Virus record (IMG/VR): IMGVR_UViG_3300032291_003663
Coordinates: 27,060-91,059 of that record
DNA: 64,000 nt
Direction: 5' to 3' (one strand)
Origin: a virus
The translations under genes were made by a program, and so were the position numbers. The notes below the pieces were generated by a model that ran no database searches, had not been told where the DNA came from, and saw nothing but the letters and a program-made list of their open reading frames with translations. Below are positions 1-10,150 of this stretch, piece by piece (position 1 is the first letter of the stretch; every line of letters begins with the position of its first letter).

Positions 1-1
1 A

Positions 2-121
2 CGTAAAGTATCTCGCTTTGTAACTGGTACTACACAAGATGCACTTATGCCTATACCAGTATTTACCTGTTCAAAATGTGGAGGTGTAAACGCTGATTTT
101 CTACCTAAAGATAAACAATAA
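2..121 (+). CDS. 3' end of small Zn-ribbon protein (partial)
   Basis: Manual translation RKVSRFVTGTTQDALMPIPVFTCSKCGGVNADFLPKDKQ*; CxxC motif; TAA overlaps next ATG. Confidence 0.7.
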   Translation, partial: RKVSRFVTGTTQDALMPIPVFTCSKCGGVNADFLPKDKQ

Positions 122-567
122 TGCAGATATTTGATTGGATTAAACAAGTAACATATATTAAAGATCCTTGGTCTTCATTTAGTGAAGAAGATAAAGTAAC
201 TTTTAATCCATATATGGTACATAGATTCTTATCAATGCATGAACCTTATATTGAATTAGCTAATTACCTACAACAATTCTGGCAATTAACTCATGGACAG
301 ATTTACTTGATTTACTGTGAATACTTACCTGAAAGTAAAATATTTGCAAAGTATATTAAATCAACTAAACCTAAAGTAAATAATGAACTATTAAGTATAT
401 TATCTAATTATTATAAGGTATCAACTAGAGAAGTAAAAAATTATCTTCAAATACTAAAAGAAGATGAAGTAAAAGTAATCTTAAGTAGTAGAGGAATAGA
501 AGAAGATGAAATAAAAAAGTTATTAAAAGATGAAAAAACTACCAAAACATCTAAAGTTTCTACGTAA
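121..567 (+). CDS. gp62: DNA polymerase clamp loader small subunit (T4 gp62-like)
   Basis: IFDWI...FNPYMVHRFLSM...LANYLQ...YLPESKIFAKYIK pattern typical of gp62-like proteins. Confidence 0.7.
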   Translation: MQIFDWIKQVTYIKDPWSSFSEEDKVTFNPYMVHRFLSMHEPYIELANYLQQFWQLTHGQIYLIYCEYLPESKIFAKYIKSTKPKVNNELLSILSNYYKVSTREVKNYLQILKEDEVKVILSSRGIEEDEIKKLLKDEKTTKTSKVST

Positions 568-1471
568 TCATAAGGAAGTAGAAATAGATTGGAGTAAAGA
601 TAAAATAGTTTCATATTCACAATACTCTACATGGGCTCAATGTCCTCATAAATGGAAATTACAAAGTGTAGACAAACACAGAAATCCTCCAAGTATTGAA
701 CTTACATTCGGAAAAGCAATGCACACTGCTATCCAGCATTATTTAAAGGTAATGTATGAACAAAGTGGAACGGCTGCTGATAAAGAAGATATTATTGGAT
801 TATTTGAGAATACATTTAGAGAAGAATATAAAAGTGGATTTGAACAAAATAATAAAACACACTTCTCATCAGCTGAAGAAATGGCTGAGTATTTTGAAGA
901 CGGAAGATTAATAATTGAATTCTTTCTAAAAAAACGAGGCGAACACTTCTCAACTCGTAAAACACATCTTGTAGGAATTGAATTTCCTCTTTCATTTTCA
1001 CCACATGAGAATTACCCTAATGTTAAACTAAAAGGATTTATTGATTTTATCTTATACAATGAAAATACAGATACACTTTGTATCTATGATATTAAAACAT
1101 CTAAACGAGGGTGGAAGGATGAAGATAAAAGAAATGATATCAAAACATCACAAGTATTACTCTATAAAGAATATTTTAGTAAGATATTTAATTGGGATGT
1201 AGATAAAATTGAAGTTGAATTCTTCATTGTGAAACGTAAAATTTGGGAAGGAAGTGAATATCCAATACCTCGAATACAATCGTTCGTTCCTGCCTCAGGA
1301 CCACGAAAACGTTTGGCTACTGTACAGTCTTTTCGTACGTTTATAGAAGATTGTTTTAACAGAGACGGAAAACCATTAGTCAAAGAATACCTGAAACAGG
1401 TAGGACCATATTGCAAATGGTGCCAATTTAATAATAATCCCTCTCTTTGCAACAAATTGAATTCTTTGTAA
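530..1471 (+). CDS. Cas4-like/RecB-family PD-(D/E)xK exonuclease with Fe-S cysteines
   Basis: SYSQ...CPHKW, GFIDF...YDIKT, QxxxY, C-terminal CKWC..C. Confidence 0.85.
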   Translation: MKKLPKHLKFLRNHKEVEIDWSKDKIVSYSQYSTWAQCPHKWKLQSVDKHRNPPSIELTFGKAMHTAIQHYLKVMYEQSGTAADKEDIIGLFENTFREEYKSGFEQNNKTHFSSAEEMAEYFEDGRLIIEFFLKKRGEHFSTRKTHLVGIEFPLSFSPHENYPNVKLKGFIDFILYNENTDTLCIYDIKTSKRGWKDEDKRNDIKTSQVLLYKEYFSKIFNWDVDKIEVEFFIVKRKIWEGSEYPIPRIQSFVPASGPRKRLATVQSFRTFIEDCFNRDGKPLVKEYLKQVGPYCKWCQFNNNPSLCNKLNSL

Positions 1472-1504
1472 AAAAATATATATTTATATTCAAATATATA
1501 ATTT

Positions 1505-1708
1505 ATGGCCGGTAAAAATGAAAAATTAACACTTACGAGTGTAAAAGTACATCAAGAATTATTTGATGATTTTAAAGTTGCTAGTATTAAAAATAAGTTT
1601 AACTTACAAAAACTTACTAATAGAGCAATGCATTTATATTTAAACAATGATGATTTTCGTAAACAACTACACAACCATGCTGAATTAGTGATGAGTGGTA
1701 GTCTTTAA
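1505..1708 (+). CDS. small ribbon-helix-helix-like DNA-binding protein
   Basis: LTSVKV strand followed by two helices; 67 aa; ATATTTATA upstream. Confidence 0.5.
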   Translation: MAGKNEKLTLTSVKVHQELFDDFKVASIKNKFNLQKLTNRAMHLYLNNDDFRKQLHNHAELVMSGSL

Positions 1709-1725
1709 TACTTTTAAAATTTGTT

Positions 1726-3168
1726 ATGAAAGAAGGTTATATTCCTCAAGAACAACGTAAAAAAATCTTACTATTATCGGATGACATTAGAACAACATCT
1801 GGTATAGCAACAATGGCAAGAGAGATAATTTTAGGTACTTGTCATCACTACAATTGGATAAATTTAGGAAGCACAATCCACAACCCAGATGAGGGTAAAA
1901 AATTAGATTTAAGTGCAGATTCTAACAACTTTAATGGAATAACAGACGCTAGCGTAATGTTATACCCCAATTCAGGATATGGTACTATTGAGAAGATCAG
2001 GGATTTACTACGAATAGAAAAACCAGATGCAATAATGTTATTTACGGATCCACGTTATTGGACATGGTTGTGGATGCATGAGCGTGAAATACGTGCTCAA
2101 GTTCCTATTATTTATCTTAATATTTGGGATTCTTTACCTTATCCGTTATATAATAGAGCTTTCTATGAGTCATGTGATGGTTTATTAGCAATTTCTAAAC
2201 AAACAGAAAATATTAATAACGTTGTATTAGCAGATAAAGCTAAAGATAAAGTTATAGGATACGTTCCTCATGGTATAAATGAAGATGTATTTTTTCCTAT
2301 TAAAAAAGGAGATGCTAAATGGGATGAACTTCAAACATTTAAAAAACAAATCTTTAAAGATAAAGAATACGATTTTATCTTAATGTTTAATTCTAGAAAT
2401 ATCAGACGAAAATCATTTCCTGATGTTCTATTAGCTTGGAAATTATTCGTAGATAATCTTCCTGAAGACAAAAAAGATAAAGTAGCTCTACTTGCTCATA
2501 CTCAACCACTAGATGAAAACGGAACAGACATTCCAGCTGTAATGGAAATGATATGGGGTAAAAACCCACCTAATGTGTTTATAACAGGTTTAAATAGATT
2601 TATTCCTGAACAAATGAACTTATTATACAATATATCAGATGCTACAATCTTGATTTCATCTAATGAAGGATGGGGATTGTCACTTACCGAAGCAATGATG
2701 TGTGGAAAACCAATTATTGCAAACGTAACAGGTGGTATGCAAGATCAAATGCGTTTTGAAGATGAAAATGGTAACTGGGTTAAATTTACAGAAGAATTTG
2801 GTTCAAATCACTTTGGAAAATATAAAAAATGTGGTAAATGGGCCTTTCCCGTATTTCCTTCAAATTTATCAATTGTAGGTTCAATTCCAACACCTTATAT
2901 ATTTGATGATAGAGCTGATTTTAGAGATGCTGCTAATCAAATGCGAGTACTGTATGATTTAGGTTCTGAAGAAATAGAAAATAGAGGAAATGCTGCTCGT
3001 AAATGGGTTACATCTGATGAGGCTATGATGACATCTAAGAATATGGCTAAAAACTATATTAAGTATACAGATGAAATGTTTGATAAATGGAAACCTAGAG
3101 AAAATTATGACTTTATAAAAATAGAAGAATTACCTGCAAAACAAAATAAACATATAATTTCGTTATGA
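1726..3168 (+). CDS. GT-B/GT4 glycosyltransferase
   Basis: VPHGIN, RNIRRK, EGWGLSLTEAMMCGKPIIA (ExFG-x4-EA-type motif). Confidence 0.9.
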   Translation: MKEGYIPQEQRKKILLLSDDIRTTSGIATMAREIILGTCHHYNWINLGSTIHNPDEGKKLDLSADSNNFNGITDASVMLYPNSGYGTIEKIRDLLRIEKPDAIMLFTDPRYWTWLWMHEREIRAQVPIIYLNIWDSLPYPLYNRAFYESCDGLLAISKQTENINNVVLADKAKDKVIGYVPHGINEDVFFPIKKGDAKWDELQTFKKQIFKDKEYDFILMFNSRNIRRKSFPDVLLAWKLFVDNLPEDKKDKVALLAHTQPLDENGTDIPAVMEMIWGKNPPNVFITGLNRFIPEQMNLLYNISDATILISSNEGWGLSLTEAMMCGKPIIANVTGGMQDQMRFEDENGNWVKFTEEFGSNHFGKYKKCGKWAFPVFPSNLSIVGSIPTPYIFDDRADFRDAANQMRVLYDLGSEEIENRGNAARKWVTSDEAMMTSKNMAKNYIKYTDEMFDKWKPRENYDFIKIEELPAKQNKHIISL

Positions 3169-4463
3169 ACAAACCACTTTGCGTAGTAAGCTGTCCAATA
3201 GACACATATAGCGGATACGGAGCTAGATCTCGTGATTTTGTAAAATCTCTTATCAAAGCTAAAGGAGATGAATGGGATATTAAAATTTTATCTCAACGAT
3301 GGGGATCTACTCCATTCGGTGCCTTAAATGAAGATATTAAAGAAGATTTAGATTTAAAAAATAGAATAATAGGAGCACTTACAATGCAACTTAACTTCCA
3401 ACCCTATGTGTGGATTCAAATTACAGTACCTAACGAGTTCCAACCATTAGGAAAACATAATATTGGAGTAACAGCTGGAATAGAAACAACTATTTGTGAC
3501 CACACATGGCTTGAAGGATGTAACAGAATGGATATTAATTTAGTATCATCTGAACATTCTAAAAAGATATTTGAAACTAGTAATTTTGAACACAAAAATA
3601 CTGCTGGTCAAACTGTTGAAAAATTTGAACTAAAAAAACCTATTGAGGTACTTTTTGAAGGTGCAGATCTGAACAAGTATTTCAAATCAGATACACTTAC
3701 TGATTTTAACATTTATGATGATTTAAATACAATTAGCGAATCATTTTGTTATTTGTTCGTAGGACATTGGTTACAAGGTGAATACGGCGAAGATAGAAAA
3801 AATATTGGATACATGATTAAAGCATTCCTAGAAGTATTTAAAAACAAGAAAAATAAACCAGCATTGATTTTAAAAATATCTCAAGGTGCTCCTTCAATTA
3901 TGGATAGAGATGTTATTTTAAAGAAAATAGAAGATATTAGAAATACCATAGCTGGAAAAGATTTACCAAACATATATCTTGTTCATGGAGATCTAAGTGA
4001 TGAAGAAATAAATTGTATTTATAATCACCCAAAAGTAAAAGCAATGATTTCATTTACTAAAGGTGAAGGATTTGGACGACCATTACTTGAATTTAGTGTT
4101 GTTGGAAAACCAATTATCGCTAGTGGATGGAGTGGACATTTAGATTTCTTAAATGCTGAATTTTGCGGATTAGTAGGGGGATCATTGAATAAGGTACATC
4201 CAAGTGCTGTTGTTCAAAATACACTACTTGCTGAATCAATGTGGTTTAGACCAGATGATAATCAATCTGGACACGCTCTCGATGATGTATTTAATAACTA
4301 TAAAGATTATCAAGAAAAGGCAAAACGATTAGCATATAGAAATAAACAAAATTTTTCATTAGATAAAATGACTGAAAAACTAGGTGAATTACTTAAACAA
4401 TACGTGCCAGAAACACCAAAACATGTTACTTTAAATTTACCTAAGCTTAAAAAAGTAGATTAA
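3165..4463 (+). CDS. GT-B/GT4 glycosyltransferase
   Basis: SGYG N-terminus, DRKN, EGFGRPLLEFSVVGKPIIAS. Confidence 0.9.
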   Translation: MNKPLCVVSCPIDTYSGYGARSRDFVKSLIKAKGDEWDIKILSQRWGSTPFGALNEDIKEDLDLKNRIIGALTMQLNFQPYVWIQITVPNEFQPLGKHNIGVTAGIETTICDHTWLEGCNRMDINLVSSEHSKKIFETSNFEHKNTAGQTVEKFELKKPIEVLFEGADLNKYFKSDTLTDFNIYDDLNTISESFCYLFVGHWLQGEYGEDRKNIGYMIKAFLEVFKNKKNKPALILKISQGAPSIMDRDVILKKIEDIRNTIAGKDLPNIYLVHGDLSDEEINCIYNHPKVKAMISFTKGEGFGRPLLEFSVVGKPIIASGWSGHLDFLNAEFCGLVGGSLNKVHPSAVVQNTLLAESMWFRPDDNQSGHALDDVFNNYKDYQEKAKRLAYRNKQNFSLDKMTEKLGELLKQYVPETPKHVTLNLPKLKKVD

Positions 4464-4490
4464 CATATATTTATATACAAAACACAAATC

Positions 4491-4700
4491 ATGGAAAAGA
4501 AACCAACAAAAAAAGCCACTTCTAAAAAGAAAGTCGATGTTGCTCCTAAAACGAAAGTAGTTAAAAAGAAAGTATCCGATAGTATAGAAGATTCTTTCTT
4601 AGCTCCCGAAGCAACTCCTCATGTTGAACATTATGTTCATACTAGTCCAAAAGTAAAAAAATCATTTTGGACTAAAGCTAAGAACTTTTTGGGATTCTAA
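4491..4700 (+). CDS. small Lys-rich hypothetical protein
   Basis: ORF track; ATATTTATA at 4467. Confidence 0.6.
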   Translation: MEKKPTKKATSKKKVDVAPKTKVVKKKVSDSIEDSFLAPEATPHVEHYVHTSPKVKKSFWTKAKNFLGF

Positions 4701-4723
4701 TTTATTATTCGTAAATTTATAGC

Positions 4724-5155
4724 ATGACAGATAATTTAGTAAAATGCCACTGTTGTGGTGCTGAGATGTGTTACGAATATCATCATTCTCAATACATCCA
4801 ATGGATGTGCTTTAATTGTGGATATGGTAGTACATCACATATGGTTAAAGATAGTGATTTTATAAAAAATTCTAAAGAATCACTGCCTGAATTGATTAAG
4901 GATTTAGAAATCATAGATGAAGAAGGATTTATATGGTATCCAAGTACAATTAATGTTCCTGAAAAAGGTATGTTATTTCCAAATGGTGGAAATAAAGATG
5001 CTTGGGGATGGACAGTTGCTCCTTTAATATCCATTAAAGAAGAAGAAAGATCTCGTTTTCCTAAAAATCAAACACATAGAGTTGATTTAAACCACATGGA
5101 ACACTTTTCTAAGGAAAAATTTGCTGAAGCCGTTACAAAACTAAATTCTCTATGA
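4724..5155 (+). CDS. hypothetical Zn-ribbon protein
   Basis: CHCC...CFNCG. Confidence 0.7.
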   Translation: MTDNLVKCHCCGAEMCYEYHHSQYIQWMCFNCGYGSTSHMVKDSDFIKNSKESLPELIKDLEIIDEEGFIWYPSTINVPEKGMLFPNGGNKDAWGWTVAPLISIKEEERSRFPKNQTHRVDLNHMEHFSKEKFAEAVTKLNSL

Positions 5156-5511
5156 CAAGCCCAGAATTTATAATTTGGTTAAAAGGCTTTACTGAAGCTT
5201 GTAATGATTTTACAGCAACACCAAAGCAATGGGACCGAATTAAAGAAGTATTATATGAGGTAAAAGATTATGATGATAACCCTGATCTTGATCAGGAAAT
5301 AGAGAGAGGCTTCAATGATTGGTATCCAATTGAATATACAACTGGATCTGGGTCTATATCTATTTCTGGGTCTACATCTACCTATAATAATGTAGTATGG
5401 AGTGATCAAAGAGGAAGTTGGCATTACACTAACAACCCAGAAGGATTTGGATACTATGATGCAAACAATACAATGGATATTAAGAATAAAAAAGAATTAT
5501 TAAATGATTAA
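5152..5511 (+). CDS. hypothetical protein
   Basis: ORF track, ATGA coupling. Confidence 0.7.
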   Translation: MTSPEFIIWLKGFTEACNDFTATPKQWDRIKEVLYEVKDYDDNPDLDQEIERGFNDWYPIEYTTGSGSISISGSTSTYNNVVWSDQRGSWHYTNNPEGFGYYDANNTMDIKNKKELLND

Positions 5512-5514
5512 GTT

Positions 5515-6132
5515 ATGCCTTCAATTAGTTATGCTATCACTGCTCATAATGAAGTAGATGAATTAATTAGACTACTAAACCAATTAGTCAATATTGCCAA
5601 TAAAGAGGATGAAATAATCATTCAGCTAGACTTAACAGCAACTATGGGGGTAAAATATATTATAGATGAATATCCCACTGTTAAAAATATTGAGTTTGGA
5701 TTAAATAAAGATTTTGCTTCATTTAAGAATAATCTAAAAAATAATTGTACTAAAGATTACATATTTTTTATAGATGCAGATGAATATCCTTCTACTCATT
5801 TAATTAAGTTACTCAAACAAGTATTAACATCTCACGCTGATATAGATTGTTTTGCTTTACCTAGAATCAATACGGTTGATGGTCTTACTCAAGAACATAT
5901 TCAAAAGTGGGGATGGGTAGTAGACAATAAAAATAGAATTAATTGGCCCGATTATCAAACTAGAATTTGCAAGAATATTCCTGATATAAAATGGGTAGGT
6001 AAAGTTCATGAACGACTAGAAGGATTTAAAATTATCTCTCATTTCCCTTCAGAATATGAAGAATGGGCTTTAATTCATCCTAAGACAATCAAACGGCAAG
6101 AAATACAAAATAATCTTTACTCGCAAATATAA
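5515..6132 (+). CDS. GT2 glycosyltransferase
   Basis: ISYAITAHNE, FFIDADE (DxD), WPDYQTR, WVGKVHE. Confidence 0.9.
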   Translation: MPSISYAITAHNEVDELIRLLNQLVNIANKEDEIIIQLDLTATMGVKYIIDEYPTVKNIEFGLNKDFASFKNNLKNNCTKDYIFFIDADEYPSTHLIKLLKQVLTSHADIDCFALPRINTVDGLTQEHIQKWGWVVDNKNRINWPDYQTRICKNIPDIKWVGKVHERLEGFKIISHFPSEYEEWALIHPKTIKRQEIQNNLYSQI

Positions 6133-6135
6133 GTT

Positions 6136-6771
6136 ATGGCAAACGGAATATATAAGATAACTGAGGATTTTGAAAAAGCATTATCTGATTACACAGGTGC
6201 TCCTTATGTGATTACAGTTGATAATCAAAGTAACGCTTTATTTTTAGCTTTAAAATACGAAAATATTAAAGGAGTAGAAATTACTATTCCTTCAAGAACA
6301 TATCCCTCCGTACCCTGTGAAATAATACATGCAGGCGGGAAAGTAAATTTTAGAAAAATTAAAGGTAAAACCATTAAAGGGGCATACCAATTAGCTCCTA
6401 CCAAAGTATGGGATAGTGCTTTAAGTTTTACTTACAATATGTACAAACCAAACACTCATATGTGTTTATCCTTTACAGGTCCGTATAAACATTTTAAATT
6501 AAGTAAAGGTGGAGCTATATTAACGGATGACTTTGATGCTTATAGTTGGTTTAAAAGAGCAAGATATAGTGGCAGAAGAGAATGCTCATACCATGATGAT
6601 AATCTCGACATGTTAGGATGGAATTTCTATATGATGCCAGAATTAGCAGCTAGAGGATTATTACTAATGAATCAATTTTATCATGGTGGTATTCCAAGAC
6701 ACAACTATGATTTAGAATTATCATACCCCGATTTATCTAAATTTCCTATTTACACTCAGAACCATGACTAA
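6136..6771 (+). CDS. short DegT/DnrJ/EryC1/StrS-family PLP sugar aminotransferase
   Basis: FEKALSDYTGA, WDSA, SFTGPYKH..GGAI, GWNFYM; only 211 aa. Confidence 0.8.
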   Translation: MANGIYKITEDFEKALSDYTGAPYVITVDNQSNALFLALKYENIKGVEITIPSRTYPSVPCEIIHAGGKVNFRKIKGKTIKGAYQLAPTKVWDSALSFTYNMYKPNTHMCLSFTGPYKHFKLSKGGAILTDDFDAYSWFKRARYSGRRECSYHDDNLDMLGWNFYMMPELAARGLLLMNQFYHGGIPRHNYDLELSYPDLSKFPIYTQNHD

Positions 6772-7471
6772 TAAGGTAGCTATAATGCAACCATATTTCG
6801 TCCCATATATAGGCTACTTTCAACTAATCAACTCAGTAGATAACTTTATTATATATGATAATATTCAATATACTAAAAAGGGATGGATTAATAGAAATAG
6901 AATACTAGTTAATGGGAATGATAAAGTAATAACCTTACCTCTAAAAAAGGATTCTGATTATTTAAATGTAATGGATAGAAAATTATCTGAATCTTGGGAC
7001 AAGGATAAAAGAAAAATGTTAAATCTAATACACGTTTCATATCGTAATGCTCCTTATTTTATAGAAGCATATGATGTAATTCAAAAATGCTTGTTGGATA
7101 CCGAAGAAAATTTATTTACCTTTATATTAAATAATTTAAAAAATATAAATAATTATCTTGAAATTAAAACATCAATTATAGCTTCATCTGAATTAGATAT
7201 CGATCACTCTCTTAAATCACAAGATAAAGTATTAGCTATTTGTAAAGTACGAAAAGCTACTAAATATATAAATGCTATTGGTGGTATTGAACTTTATAAT
7301 AAAGAAGAATTTAAAAAACAAGATATTGAATTAAATTTTATAAAATCAAGTCCTATAAGCTATAAACAATTTAATAATGAATTTGTCTCTTGGCTTTCTA
7401 TTATTGATGTAATGATGTTTAATTCTAAAGAAACTATTAAACAATATTTAAACTTATATACTTTAATATGA
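6764..7471 (+). CDS. wbqC: WbqC-like protein (putative glycyl transferase)
   Basis: AIMQPYFVPYIGYFQLI, QYTKKGWINRNRI, YINAIGG, LSIIDVMM. Confidence 0.9.
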   Translation: MTNKVAIMQPYFVPYIGYFQLINSVDNFIIYDNIQYTKKGWINRNRILVNGNDKVITLPLKKDSDYLNVMDRKLSESWDKDKRKMLNLIHVSYRNAPYFIEAYDVIQKCLLDTEENLFTFILNNLKNINNYLEIKTSIIASSELDIDHSLKSQDKVLAICKVRKATKYINAIGGIELYNKEEFKKQDIELNFIKSSPISYKQFNNEFVSWLSIIDVMMFNSKETIKQYLNLYTLI

Positions 7472-8028
7472 AAAGTATACCCCACTATTACGAAAACATC
7501 CAAGGATGGTTTAGTTTTTCTAAATTATACTCTCATGTAGTACAGAAATATCCTAATGGAAGCCATTTTATAGAAGTTGGAGTATGGAAAGGCACATCAG
7601 CATCATACATGGGAGTTGAAATATATAACTCTGGTAAAAATATTAAATTTGATTGTATCGATCCATTTGTACCTGTAAAAAATGATATGCCTGAATTTGA
7701 AATAACTCATAAAGATTTAAAAAATACATTTATTAACAATATGAAGCCACTTAAAGGCTACTACAATCTCATACTAACCGGATCTCCAGAATGCACAGAA
7801 TTATATAAAGATAAATCCGTTGATTTCGTTTTCATTGATGGTGATCATTCATATAGTGCTGTTATGCAAGATATAAAAGCATGGCTTCCTAAAATGAAAC
7901 CAGGAAGTATTCTTGCAGGTCACGATTACGCATTTCCCGAAGTAAGAAAAGCATGTCATGATGTTCTTGGAGAAAAAAATTGGAGTGATCCTTTTGAATG
8001 TGATTGTTGGATGGTAGAAATTGAATAA
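7468..8028 (+). CDS. class I SAM methyltransferase (Methyltransf_24-like)
   Basis: EVGVWKGTS, FVFIDGDHSY, GSILAGHDY. Confidence 0.9.
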   Translation: MKSIPHYYENIQGWFSFSKLYSHVVQKYPNGSHFIEVGVWKGTSASYMGVEIYNSGKNIKFDCIDPFVPVKNDMPEFEITHKDLKNTFINNMKPLKGYYNLILTGSPECTELYKDKSVDFVFIDGDHSYSAVMQDIKAWLPKMKPGSILAGHDYAFPEVRKACHDVLGEKNWSDPFECDCWMVEIE

Positions 8029-8029
8029 T

Positions 8030-8986
8030 ATGAAATGGAAAAAATTAGGTAGGATATTTAATCCTCAAGATTATCAAACAGAGTGGATGAAAGAATTTGC
8101 TCAATGTACTAGTGCATTGGTGTTTGATACTTACGTTAGAATTTACTTTAGTTGTCGTCCTGAAAAAGATAAAGAGGGACAAGCAAAATCATACACTGCT
8201 TTTATAGATGTTGATAGAAATAATTTATTTAATATAATAAATGTAGCTAAAGAACCTATATTGCCACTTGGTGAATTAGGAACATTTGATGAATTTGCAG
8301 TATATCCTACTTCTGTGTTTAGAGACTATGAGGACATAAAATTATATTATGCTGGATGGAATAGGATGAAATCAGTACCATTTAATACATCAATTGGTTT
8401 AGCTATAAGTAAAGATGGAGGTACAACATTCAATAGAATAGGAGCTGGCCCCATATTGTCTGCTAGCACTGATGAACCATTTGTTATTAGTGGTCCTAAA
8501 GTAAGAAGATTTAATGGAATACTGTATATGTTCTACTTAGCAGGAACTAAATGGATAGAACATGAAGGTAAACCGGAAATTATTTATAAACTTAAAATGG
8601 CTGTTTCTAAAGATGGAATGCATTGGACTAAAATAAATAAAAATATTGTAAGTGATATTCTAGAAGAAAATGAATGCCAAGCAGGTCCTGATGTGTTTTA
8701 TCATAATGGAAAATACCATATGTACTTTATTTACAGATATGCGTTAGATTTTAGAAACAATAGAGGCAGGGGATACCAAATAGGATACGCATATTCAGAC
8801 GACCTAATCAAATGGACACGAGATGATGAAAATGTAGGAATACATTATTCCGAACCAGGTGAATGGGACGGGGACATGCATCATTATCCCCATGTGTTTG
8901 AATTAGATGGAAATCATTACATGTTATATAATGGAAACGAATTTGGTAAATATGGCTTTGGCCTTGCAATTTTAGAAAATGAATAA
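8030..8986 (+). CDS. five-bladed beta-propeller glycoside hydrolase-like protein (GH32/43/130-type fold)
   Basis: WKKLGRIF, repeated SxDG..W Asp-boxes, YMLYNGNEFGKYGFGLA; ATG at 8030 preferred over TTG at 8021. Confidence 0.75.
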   Translation: MKWKKLGRIFNPQDYQTEWMKEFAQCTSALVFDTYVRIYFSCRPEKDKEGQAKSYTAFIDVDRNNLFNIINVAKEPILPLGELGTFDEFAVYPTSVFRDYEDIKLYYAGWNRMKSVPFNTSIGLAISKDGGTTFNRIGAGPILSASTDEPFVISGPKVRRFNGILYMFYLAGTKWIEHEGKPEIIYKLKMAVSKDGMHWTKINKNIVSDILEENECQAGPDVFYHNGKYHMYFIYRYALDFRNNRGRGYQIGYAYSDDLIKWTRDDENVGIHYSEPGEWDGDMHHYPHVFELDGNHYMLYNGNEFGKYGFGLAILENE

Positions 8987-10145
8987 TATAAGTTTTAAAA
9001 TAAATACTTCAACGGTAAATGATATTAAGAAGCATCTTGAAGAATGTTCAATTCATTTTGCTCCTGCTTTAGACACATATGTTAATATAGAAGAATACGC
9101 TAATAAAATTTATAACAAAGCTGTTAGATTTGAAGCATTTAATGACTCTAAATTAATAGGTTTAATAGCAATGTATATTGACTTAAATAAAAAAATAGGA
9201 TTCATAACTAATGTAAGTATAGATATTGAATATAAAGGACAGGGTGTAGGGGGTATTTTAATAAATAAAGCTAAAAAACATGCTTCTAAAAACAATATTG
9301 AATTAATTGAACTAGAAGTTTATAATGAAAATATTAAAGCTATGGGTTTTTACCATAAACATGGATTTAATACATCCCAAATAAGTGAACAAACATCTTT
9401 TATGCAATATGAGTGTGAACGAGACTATGACCAGGAATTTCAAGATACAGCAGATCATAAGTATGCTTATAACTTTGATTTTGATGTAATGCATCCTTAT
9501 ATGATTAAATCCTTTGAGCCATTTTTTAAAGGAGATGATGTACTTGAGTTAGGTAGTTTTAAAGGTGATTTTACTAAACATTTATCTGGGTATTTTGCTG
9601 AGGTAGCATGTGTTGAAGCATCTCATAAAGCTATACAACATGCTAAAACTAAATTTAATGATGCTACAACATTCTATAATTCATTATTTGAAAATACAGT
9701 ATTATCTAAAAAATATAATAATATTGTATTAACACATGTTTTAGAACATGTAGATAATCCTGTAAAACTATTAAATAAAATTAAAGAGGAATGGTTAACA
9801 GATGATGGTTGCTTATTTGTCGTTTGTCCTAATGCTAATGCTCCTTCAAGACAAATAGCAGTTAAAATGGGATTAATAACACATAATAGCGCTATCACAC
9901 CAGCAGAAGCAGAACATGGGCATAGAATCACATATACATTAGACACATTAGAAAGAGATGCTAAACAAAGCGGATTAAAAGTAATTTACCGCTCAGGTAT
10001 ATTCTTTAAAGCATTAGCTAATTTTCAGTGGGATCAATTACTTCAAACAGACATTATAAGTAAAGAATATCTAGATGGATGTTATGCCTTAGGCCAACAA
10101 TACCCAGACTTATGTTCAAGTATATTACTAGTATGTAAAAAATAA
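8979..10145 (+). CDS. GNAT acetyltransferase fused to class I SAM methyltransferase
   Basis: N-terminal YKGQGVG...AMGFYHKHGF; C-terminal VLELGSFKG, LTHVLEH, VCPNA. Confidence 0.85.
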   Translation: MNNISFKINTSTVNDIKKHLEECSIHFAPALDTYVNIEEYANKIYNKAVRFEAFNDSKLIGLIAMYIDLNKKIGFITNVSIDIEYKGQGVGGILINKAKKHASKNNIELIELEVYNENIKAMGFYHKHGFNTSQISEQTSFMQYECERDYDQEFQDTADHKYAYNFDFDVMHPYMIKSFEPFFKGDDVLELGSFKGDFTKHLSGYFAEVACVEASHKAIQHAKTKFNDATTFYNSLFENTVLSKKYNNIVLTHVLEHVDNPVKLLNKIKEEWLTDDGCLFVVCPNANAPSRQIAVKMGLITHNSAITPAEAEHGHRITYTLDTLERDAKQSGLKVIYRSGIFFKALANFQWDQLLQTDIISKEYLDGCYALGQQYPDLCSSILLVCKK

Positions 10146-10150
10146 ATAAT

